DNA of 64,000 nt, taken from the NCBI GenBank assembly GCA_043228905.1, contig JBHGNT010000014.1, positions 1,426,001-1,490,000 on the forward strand, in the 5' to 3' direction. This DNA is from Azolla caroliniana. Lineage: Eukaryota; Plantae; Polypodiophyta. The position numbers and the translations under genes were made by a program. This document shows, one piece after another, positions 54,170 to 64,000 of this stretch; within the stretch, counting starts at the first letter, position 1; every line of letters begins with the position of its first letter. The notes beneath the pieces were generated by a model that saw nothing but the letters and a program-made list of their open reading frames with translations, made no database searches and was not told where the DNA came from.

Positions 54170-55256
54170 TGGTTAGCAACTATTGTGGATCAAGCTATCA
54201 AGTAGGGTTTTTTGGAAGATTGGCTTGTGAAATGGGTTAAACCAATCTATAAAGTAGGAAACAAAAATTTGGTATTCAACTATCAAATTATCATGATTAT
54301 CTCATGGGTTGGGCATAATCACAAATGAGCTCTTGAGCGGGCTAGCAGTTGACCATAACATTCCATTATTAATCATTTGGTTACAATAATAGTAATTATT
54401 GAATAAATTGAACTTCAAGGCAAAATACTATATTGTTGTTGATGTGAACAAACAAAAACGATGCCAATAAAGGCAACATAACGAAAAAACCAACCTACTT
54501 TTAAATACAAGTGGTGCGAAGCATCAAATATGGTAGTATTAATGTCCCATCGACAAATCAATGGAATGTATGCTATGAGTGTAGACTTTCACTTAAACAT
54601 GTTGAAATAGTTATTATATGTTTGTGAATAAAAGTAGCAAAATTGATACTTGAGGATGGAAGTGAGATTGATGTTATTCAATGTTGTGGTGGTCCAAGTG
54701 TTGCTTTATGGAATGGAAACATGGGGTTGTAGTATCTCACTTAGTGCATGAATGAAATGGAAAAAATAAAAAATTTCATTACGTGATGTCATGAACCAAT
54801 ATGAGAAACAAAGACAATATATATAGGAAAAAGGGAGATAAGAAGTAAATAATGATATTAGCCAATGAGTTTAATGAGAGAGTTTGATGAATTGGACTCT
54901 TGACATGAGAAGGTTCACAAGTAGTGTTGAACCAGAATGGTTCGACAAGAGTGTGAGGCTCTAATTTATAGGAATTGGAAGTTAGGAATGACAATCTAGA
55001 TCTCACCACTTTGATGGTTTAGATTAACCCACGTGTTGCAAATTCATGTGGTTTCTAGTAGGTCAACACACAAATGTTCCATACATGTAAGATGTGTGTG
55101 TGTGCGCGCGTGCCAATTTTGTGCACCTCATGCAAACACTTCTATAAATCGATGGAGTTTTGCCTCCCGTCAATGTCGTTCGCCTCAAGTCTAGATTGAC
55201 GTATACCCTCTATGTGGCGAATTGGGCGAAAGTGGTTGTCAAATACCTCTAAAAAT

Positions 55257-55594
55257 CAGCAACGGTAACCGCACCGAACCGCGGTTTAACGGTTTCAACG
55301 GTTCGGTTCAGGTTTGAGTTTTTTAAAACGGTTTGGTTTCATCAGTAAAAAACCGCGGTTTAAACGGTTTAACGGTTTTTTATTTCTTTTAAAAAAAATT
55401 TGTAAAAATTTAAAAACAATTCTAAAAAAATTAAAAAATTATTTTTAAACAATCTTTTCATTTTTAGACCTTATTTTCACATTTTAGGAACATCTTAAAA
55501 ATTTAAAAAAATGAAATATTATAAATTTTAAAAAATTAAAAATTTGACCTATGTTGAAAACCGAAACTGAACCACGAAACCGCGGTTTTTACGG
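55257..55594. mobile_element. hAT-like MITE with AACCG/CGGTT subterminal repeats, interrupted by Gypsy A copy 3
   Basis: Starts CAGCAACGGTAA, has dense AACCG motifs and an AT-rich centre. The right end is cut by the LTR. Confidence 0.55.
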
Positions 55595-58500
55595 TGTCGT
55601 GGAGAAAACCGTCCCTAGGAGGAAACGAGAGAAACCGTGCACGAACCGACCCTTCCATGTGTGGGCGTGTGAACTGATAACTTGTACATAATTATGTGTG
55701 GGGCGGCTGATGTAAATATACTAGGTGCGACACATTTATTAGGGAATCGATGCGTATCTCTGTCCGAAGGGACAGAGAATAAAGTAATGTGATTGTGAGT
55801 GAAGGAGAACGGACTCTCCCCAATGACCTATATAAGGAAGAAGAGAAGGAAGAACAGAGGCATCGTGCGTTAGCGAGGACGACGTGCTGCCGGACCGTGT
55901 ACCGAGCTCCCTCTCTCCTCCTTCGGTTGTCATTCTTTGTGGGTTTTGGAGATCGTCGCCTCTGCTTCGTGGACAACCCGTGCGCTTCCATCAGAGGCTC
56001 TCCCTTTGCGTTTCTGTGCTTGGTGTGTGACGCCTGTGTGTGTGTGGGTGGACTCTCGTGTTGGGTCCATTGCCGGTGTGCCGGTTATAATCGTTTTTGG
56101 TGTTATAATCGAATTGTTCTGTTTTCTCTCTCTCTTTGTTTCACTGTGTTCAGCAAAACACTCTCTTTCTCCTCTCTCACCCTCCTTGGTTCAGGGCCCC
56201 CGCGGTCCCGTCTCTTTCACCCACGAAAGCGTAGTTACACGACATATTTGGTGAACCCGACGTGAAGGAGGCGGCAAAGGAGTTGAAGATGAGGGGATCT
56301 GAGCTTGCTGAAGCTATGGCAGTAGCCGTTGACCGGCTAGTGAGCGCTCGTGAGGGAATAGGTACCCTTGACAGAGTCATAGAATTGATCGTCGGCACCA
56401 TAGGCCGATTTGGTGGTAAGAACGCTACTAGCTATTTGGAGGCCTACCGGGCCGAGATGATCATGAGAGACATCCCTGAAGACAGGCGGTTGTCCGGATT
56501 CCCTCGAGTGGTGACGCCGAGCATCCATGCAGAGGTGCTCGAGGTGCTAGCCGAATGCCAGACGTGGGAGGTTTTCGGGGAGCGGCTTCTCGAAAAGTAT
56601 GGGTTCGACAACTCGCTTCGATTGTCGAAGCGGGACTTCATGGCATGGGTTGAAAGCCCTGGAAAGGGCAGTGCGCTCCTCCAGGAATTCGAAACGCGGT
56701 TCACGCGGTTGTCGGCGCTGGACCGGACTGTGCTTGATACGAGCCGGGTACTGCTGTTCGTCAAAGCGGTCGACGCGTTGGACAGAGAAAAGGTAGGTCT
56801 CATGTTGGAGACCGATGAGGGGCTCACGACTAACTGGGCCGTGGTTAAAGGAGTCTGCAGCCGTTTTGACAAACGGCGGGAATGGAGTGATGAAGGGTTG
56901 TTGGCAATGGGACTCGTCTCGACAAGGCTGTTCGAGGAGCCTCACTGGCGCGAAAGGAAGAGACCTGAAATTGGCTTGGGACAGGGTCAACCTTGAGCGG
57001 CGTGGTCAAAGGTCCCTCCGGAGGAGCGGCGCTGGAAGAATTGACACAAATGGTGCGCGACCTCCAGATCGCGCAGGCCACTGGTGCTGGAAGGCCTCTC
57101 CGGAGTCCGGTTAAAGAAGGAAGAAGCGGACCGCGCGGAGCAGCGGATCTGAGAGGTCATAGGGTGGGACGACCCAGTCGAGGAAAAGTTCGGCTTCGTA
57201 GAAGCTGCATGCGAGAACTATGAGGTTCTGGTAGAAGACAAGCGCACGGGAAAGGCTGAAGGGGCCGGTCCCCCGCAACGGTACGACACCCGGTTCGGCC
57301 CGAAGAAGGGTGACGCCAACAATTCTGGCATACAGGACAAGGCCAAACCTACCGGGTACCGACTGAGCACCGAGAGAGAGAGAACGACGGACCTGCGGAA
57401 GGTCCTCGAAGAGTGGATCCTCGACAACAAGGTGGAGCTGTCATTGAGGGAGGTGCTTGGGATCGCAAATAAGGAGTTCCACAACTCCATTGTGGACCTG
57501 GTGAAGCGTAAATGGCTCTCCACGGAACCGGAACCGGAGAAGCCCGTAGAGGTGCGGACTACACACCCAGAGGATGCGGCCCTGGAAGACGAGTTGGCGG
57601 AAAGCCATTTTTCAAAGCTACACTAGGCCAAAGCCACTACCGAGACCCCTGTCCGGATCGGAGATGTGTAAGAACCGGTAGTGGCGCTAATAGACCATGG
57701 GTCCGAGATCAATCTCATGTCCATGGACTTTTACAAAAAGGGGAAATGGCCGATCAACACCAAACACGGCTGGAAGATACGCGCGGCGACCCGCGCTACG
57801 GAGGAGCTGCAGGGGCGTGCCCGAACGTGTGCGTAAAGATCGGCGACGTCGAGATAGATCAACACTTCTTTGTGCAGGAGACGTCTTCGCACCTAGTGAT
57901 ACTCGGCGAGCCGTACATCACAGCAGCACGCATGGAAACAAAGGTGCTCGACAACGGCTCGGCATACGCGCACGTGAAGAGTCAAGACGGACGACACTCC
58001 GTCCAATTTCTGACCGCGAGACCGAATCATGAGCGTAACCGTGAGACTCTCAATGGTGACAACACAGGGGATTTTAAAGAGGGCTATCAAGGCGTAGGCC
58101 GCGATAGTCCGGACGCGTCGGAGGAACCCCAGACCTGTACCATAGGTAGGAAATTTTGGCTCTCCGACAACAGAGGTTGTACATTAACTGGCATCAGTAG
58201 CAGGGAGAAGAAGAAGGTGGAGGAGCGGCTTAGGTCATGCGGGGTTCTCCACCCCGATGAAGAAATTAGCGGCGCCGTGGAGGCGGTCTCGTTTGGTGAA
58301 ACCTTGGGAGAGCTCTGTGGTGTAGTCGATGAGGGCCTTAGCGAAGATCGGATGATTCCGGTCAGCTCAGTGAAAATGTACGAAGTCATTGCGGACTTTG
58401 GGGAAAGGATTAGGTTGGATCGGACGACCTGCGTAAGTACGAAGTACAAGACTGTGGACCGGAAGGTGAGGCCCGTCACGTTCTCGCCGGAGGAGATCAG

Positions 58501-61500
58501 GTGTGTAGACCCGACGATCGTAGAACCGATGGTGATCTTCACGGTACCGGACCTACCGTGGAATCTCAAACCGATTCCGGTGCCTAGAGCTCACATTCCG
58601 GAGCAGATGGAGTTGCTGAAACAGAAGGTGGAGATGGGCATCCTCGAACCGTCGAGTGCCCCATATTCGAATCGGTGGTTTACCGTGCCAAAGAAGAATG
58701 ACACACTGCGCTTCATACAGGACCTGCAGCCGGTCAACAAGGTGACCATTCGAAATGTAGGTATCGGACCGACCATTGATGAGTTCGCGGAGGCCTTCGC
58801 AAGGAGGTCGATCTACTCGGTCGGGGATCTGTACTCAGGGTACGATCAGTTCCAACTAGCTGTAGAGAGCAGGGATGTCACGACGATGCGGACTCCTCTC
58901 GGCCTAGTTAAGATGTGTACCCTACTGCAAGGGGGAACGAACTTGGTGGCGCACATGGTGAATGCAATGAACAAGGTGTTGAGGGACTGCATCCCGGACA
59001 TCACCATGCCGTTTTTGGACGACATTCCGATCAAAGGATGTCCGGTGGAGGACAAGGACGAGTCGGTCGGGCCCGACGGTTGCCAGAGGTTCGTGACGGA
59101 TCACATCCGTGATTGCGAGAAGGTGCTACAAAGACTCGAGAGCGCGCGGCTCACCTTCTCCGGAGAAAAATCAGCCTTCGGACAACCGGAGATCCTAGTA
59201 GTCGGACACTTGTGCGGGCCTTACGGCCGGAAGCCATCCCCGGCGAAGGTAGAAGCCATCGCCGCGATGAAGGATGATTGCGGGTCGGTCACGGAGGTTC
59301 GAAGGATCTTGGGGGCATGTGCGTTCTATCACATCTGGATTCCGCACTACGCGCATGTCGCGGAACCACTTTACGGGTTATTAAAGAAAGGGCGCCGGTT
59401 TGAATCGAGGACGGAGCACACGGAGTCAGTCTGGAGACTGAAGGAGGCGCTCGCCGCGGCACCGGCTCTCCGGAAAGCGGTTTACGGCAAGGAAGTCCCC
59501 ATTTACGTGACGGTGGACACGAGCCCGACTGGAATCGAGTGGGTGATCAATCAGGAAGACGAGGACGGCGTGCGGTTCCCGATCCGGTTCGGAGCAAAGG
59601 TATTGAGCGAGCGGCAGTGAGGATATGCCCAAATTAAGTGCGAACTATGGGGTATCGTTTCGGCAGTCAAGGCCAACAAGGACTATTTGATCGGGACGGA
59701 AGTGATCATCGAGACGGACTGCCTACCGATTCTGGGTATGGTTTCTGGGTGCGCGACTCCGGAATTGGCGATGCTCAGGTGGACCGCGTACATCAAGTCC
59801 CTGAACCCGGAGATACGGCACATCTCCGGAAAGGATAATGCCATGGCTGATATGCTTTCAAGGGCGCGGTTCAGCGACGAGAATGACATGGTTTCGGATA
59901 ACGAAGAAGTCGGCGAGGACTTCTTCGGGTCAGCTAATGTGGCAACTGGGACGGGGAGCACTCTGGCGCTTAACGAGTTCGACGAGAGCGAATACGATGG
60001 GGAGTGGCTCCAAATAGGAAGGTTCCTGCAGATGATGACGCCGGACACAACGTGGACTAGAGAAGAGGCCAATCAGGTGCGGAAGAAGGCGTACCGATTC
60101 TTCCTACGAGGAGGATGCATACGGAGGCATCCGAAGAAGCGTAGCGGCACGCCACTCCGCGTAGTGGTGAGGGAAGATGAGCAGAAAGTGTTGCTTACGA
60201 CATATCACGAGAGTCCCTGGGCCAGACACTACGGGACGTGGGCCGCATTCGAGAAGCTCAAGGGAAAGTATTGGTGGCCGGGGCTGTACTGGGATGTGCA
60301 TCATTTTGTGACAACCTGTAGGAATTGCCAGATGCACTCTACAATTTGGCATCGAGACGAGCTTCATCCAACCTACCCACCGACCGTCCACTTCAAATGG
60401 ATGGTGGATTTAGTGACTATGCCGATGGGGGTAGGACATATGCGATATCTGGTGCTGGCTAGGGAGGACCTGACGAACCAAGTGGAAGGCCGAGTGTTGC
60501 AGAACAAAATGACCACGGCCGTGTGCCGATTTCTGATCGAAGAAGTGGTGTGCCGGTATGGGTGCGTAGGAAATATCGTGGCCGACAGCGGAGAACTAGA
60601 CGCTCAAGAGGCTGAAGAGCTGTTTGACCGACTGGGGGTCAAACTCTCCCTCACTACGGCGTACAATCCGGAGGCTAACGGGAAGGTAGAGCGTGGTCAC
60701 GGGCCCATTGTGAAGGTGTTAGTACGTGCATGCGAAGGACAGGTCGGGAATTGGCCGCGGCTCCTTCCTTACACGCTATGGGTGGATCGAACTACGCACA
60801 GTTCGGTGACGGGGTTCCTTCCAACAGAGCTGATGTACGGGCAGAAGCCAATCATGCCGGCGGAGAAAACGATCACTTCGTGGGCCGCGATGGACTGGAA
60901 GGACGAGATGAGCCGGGAAGAGTTGTTGGTAGCAAGGATCCGACAACTTGAGCGAAGACCAGAAGACGTGGAGCGGGCGAAGGAAAGGCTGCGTACATCA
61001 CAAGAAAAGAAAAAAGGTCGGTTCGACCGTACTCACCGACTGAGGTCGAGGAAGATCAAGGAAGGTGACTGGGTGCTGGTGTATGACAGCAACCTCGACA
61101 ATCAGCACAAGGCGGTGCGTAAGTTTGCGAGGAGGTGGTTCGGGCCCTATGCGGTAACGAGTGCGAATGACAACGGCACGTACCATCTCACGGAGCTCGA
61201 CGGGACACGGATGGCGGTGCCGGTAACAGGAAAAAGGGTCAAGGTATTCAAGAAGCTGCAAGAGGAAGAGCCAGACCCGGAATGCGCGACTGACAACGAC
61301 GACCGGATCGAAACGAATGATGATTCGGGCCATGACGGGTGATAGCGGGCCGGTTTTCTCCGGCAAGTGTTGTATCTAGCGCGTAGCGGTGGACGCGCGG
61401 TTTGGTGGGGGTGGATGTCGTGGAGAAAACTGTCCCTAGGGGGAAACGAGAGAAACCGTGCACAAACCGGCCCTTCCATGTGTGGGCGTGTGAATTGGTA

Positions 61501-61840
61501 ACTTGTACATAATTATGTGTGGGGCGGCTGATGTAAATTTACTAGGTGCGACACATTTATTAGGGAATCGATGCGTATCTCTGTCCGAAGGGACAGAGAA
61601 TAAAGTAATGTGATTGTGAGTGAAGGAGAACGGACTCTCCCCAATGACCTATATAAGGAAGAAGAGAAGGAAGAACAGAGGCATCGTGCATTAGCGAGGA
61701 CAACGTGCTGCCGGACCGTGTACCGAGCTCCCTCTCTCCTCCTTCGGTTGTCATTCTTTGCGGGTTTTGGAGATCGTCGCCTCTGCTTCGTGGACAACCC
61801 GTGCGCTTCCATCAGAGGCTCTCCCTTTGCGTTTCTGTGA
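55595..61840 (+). mobile_element. Gypsy A copy 3: 5' LTR 55595-56244, tRNA-Trp PBS, decayed gag-PR-pol, 3' LTR from 61416 (matches the 5' LTR only to ~61840)
   Basis: LTR pair differs at about 10 positions over ~424 bp by eye. ORFs 56262-56996, 57512-59620 and 59687-61342. Confidence 0.93.
56249..56266 (+). promoter_or_regulatory. Primer-binding site complementary to tRNA-Trp
   Basis: TGGTGAACCCGACGTGAA is the reverse complement of the plant tRNA-Trp 3' end TTCACGTCGGGTTCACCA. An identical copy lies at 35641-35658 on the minus strand. Confidence 0.9.
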
Positions 61841-62570
61841 TTGTACGTTCAGCCGTCTTGTGACGAGGGAGCGTTTTGGGCGTGCCCATGCACCTCTCCT
61901 CCTCATAAAGGTGTACGAGCATTTTGTGCATGTGTTTGTGTCTTCCTTGTACGTTCGTCCATCTTGTGACAAGGGAGCGTTTTGGGTGTGCCCATGTACC
62001 TCTCCTCTTCATAAAGACGTACGAGCATTTGTGCTTGTGTTTGTGTCTTTCTTGTACACTCGACTATCTTGTGACGAGGGAGCGTTTCGGGCGTGCCCAT
62101 GCACCTCTCCTCCTCATGAAGGCGTACGACCATTGTGTGCGTGTTTTTGTGTCTTCCTTGTACGTTCGACCGTCTTGTGATGTGGGAGCGTTTCGAGTGT
62201 GCCCATGCACATCTCCTCCTCATAAAGGCATACAAGCATTTTGTGCGTGTGTTTGTGTCTTCCTTGTACGTTTGGCCATCTTGTGACGGGGGAGCATTTC
62301 GGGCGTGCCCATGCACCTCTCCTTCTCATAAAGTCGTATGAGCATTTGTGCGTGTGTTTGTGTATTCCTTGTACGTTCAGTCGTCTTGTGACGAGGGAGT
62401 GTTCGGGCTTGGCCATGCACCTCTCCTCCTCATAAAGGCGTACGTAGGAGCATTTGTGCGTGTGTTTTGTGTCTTCCTTGTATGTTCGACGTCTTGTGAC
62501 AAGGGAGCGTTCGGGCGTGCCCATGCACTTCTCCTCCTCATAAAGACATACGGGCATTCATGTTTGTGTT
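61841..62570 (+). repeat. Tandem array of 7 x ~106 bp
   Basis: Units start at ~61841, 61947, 62052, 62158, 62264, 62369 and 62478 (TTGTACGTTC...GGGCGTGCCCATGCACCTCTCCTCCTCATAAAG...). Confidence 0.95.
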
Positions 62571-62628
62571 ATCATCCCCTTGTGTGTTCATCTTGCGTGC
62601 TCATCTTTGCTTGTACCCATTTGATCAT

Positions 62629-62680
62629 TGGCTCGTGCGGTGATCTCGAAAACTAGACGAGTCGTGATCGACGAAAGCCA
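62629..62680 (+). ncRNA. Degenerate type III hammerhead-ribozyme-like motif
   Basis: TGGCT-C ... CTAGACGA-GTCG-TGAT-CGAC-GAAA-GCCA. Stems II and III are perfect; the core deviates from CUGANGA and stem I is weak. Confidence 0.45.
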
Positions 62681-62840
62681 CCGGCCTCACAAAAGGGGCA
62701 ACGAGCCCTTGCTTGGAAAGGGTCGGGAAGTTGTATTGTCGTAAAGCAAACCTTGGGTCTTCGCTATCCCTTCAGTACTCCCTAGTCCAAGACCCTCGTG
62801 GTCCCGCCCAAGTAACACACACGCGCGAAACATCGCGACA

Positions 62841-64000
62841 CCATGCTTAAGAAGTACATCATTTCCATCAACCACTGATCTGGGAAATTCTTGTCTTCTT
62901 TCGCCCCAGTTGTCGCAATCCGCAGAATGTCGGCGTCTGGAAAATCGTCTTGTATGGGTATTGTGTCACCGCCATTATCGATCCTACTTAAATAATCTGC
63001 TACGGCGTGGTGTTTTCTTGGTCGATGTGGGATCTCAAATTCAAACTCCTCCAAGAGCAGCATCCATCTAGGTAGTTTCCAAGTTAAGGATTGCTTCGCG
63101 ACCAGATATAGTAATGCGGCGTGTTCCACATGAAATGTGAATTTTCGACCTAATAAATAATGTCAGAATTTATTTACATTGTAGATCATTCCTAGGGCTT
63201 CGCGCTCCATTGTCGAATAGTTACGCTCCGCATCTGATAGTTTGTGGCTAGAATAATACACCGGCCGGTACCAGTTTGCACTGCTTGTGGCGACATCGGA
63301 GGCATCTACAAATACGTGGAATGGTTTTGACCGGTCCGGAGGTTGTACCACGGGAGCTTGTGTCAACATTACTTTTAGTGCTTCGTATGCTTTATCCTCT
63401 AGTGTCGTCCATGTCTACGACGTACAATGCACTGCGGCGTGTAAGGGAGTTGCAAAATCCGCAAATAGCGAAGCATACGGCTGTGCCAGCGGATTCGCAC
63501 CAAGAAACGGCTAAAGTCCTTTGCATTACTAGGGATTTTTGTTTTGATAATGGCTTTGATTTTGCTGGGATCCACCGCGATACCATCCTTGCTTACTATA
63601 TGCCCAAGAAGGGTTCCACTTATGACCCCGAACGCGCACTTAGTTGGGTTAAGGCTGAGGCGTGAAGTACAACATCGTTCCAAAGCCTTCGATGGCCCAA
63701 GTGATCCCCTGACGCTCCATACACCGCAAAGTCATCGAGAAAGACTTGCATGCATGCAGGGATAAAGTCGCCCAAGATCTCCGCAATGGTACGCCAGAAC
63801 GTAGTGGGGGTTGTCTTTAGTCCGAACATCATGGCCACAGCTACAAAAACTCCTTCTATTACGAAAGAGGTCTTCTCCTGGTCCTCTGGGTGCATGCGTA
63901 CCTGGTTATACCCGCTAAATACATCCAAAAAACTCTACATGTCGTGGCTCACAACTGTGTTTAGTACACTACCGATACACGGTAGGGAAAATGCGTCTGT
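62841..64000 (-). mobile_element. Ty3/Gypsy pol fragment (RT-RNase H), decayed, runs off the window
   Basis: DVFSGYNQV, MFGLK, VFLDDF, FHVFVDAS, ERNYSTMEREALG, RWMLLLEEF, ADYLSR. Confidence 0.9.

Larger units (their letters stand above)
61841..62840 (+). mobile_element. 3' part of an LTR from a family-A relative (contains the array; ends CGCGACA at 62840)
   Basis: GTCCAAGACCCTCGTGGTCCCGCC followed by a terminal hairpin and GACA, matching the U5 ends at 6006, 27347, 35666 and 56244. Confidence 0.7.

Noticed and set aside
61841-62570. CRISPR-like array
   Set aside because: The units are similar along their whole length, with no unique spacers and no cas genes, in a eukaryotic LTR context.

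Overview
Repeat-dense eukaryotic DNA, most consistent with a large-genome land plant. A fern or other non-seed plant is my inference from the element types; it is not proven. About 75% of the window is nested retrotransposons. These include three decayed copies plus relatives of a non-chromoviral Ty3/Gypsy family primed by tRNA-Trp ('family A'), five Ty1/Copia elements (one near-intact at 9109-14624 with matching LTRs and a GGTGT TSD), other Gypsy fragments, two LINEs and three hAT-type MITEs. The one intact host gene is an 8-exon EB1 (microtubule end-binding, EB1c-like) on the minus strand at 43465-47182. The most unusual signals are: (1) a decayed, intron-containing gene fragment with the N-terminal signature of bacterial-type beta-class N6A/N4C DNA methyltransferases (37880-39020); (2) a covarying RNA structure that encloses the atypical PPT in four family-A-type elements; (3) a G_GAU_UUU_UAG -1 frameshift placed after the protease; (4) a type III hammerhead-like motif beside a 7 x ~106 bp array inside a Gypsy LTR; (5) a PPT-LTR-PBS single-LTR junction whose upstream side encodes an unknown repeat protein instead of integrase. 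All coordinates were read by hand and no searches were run.
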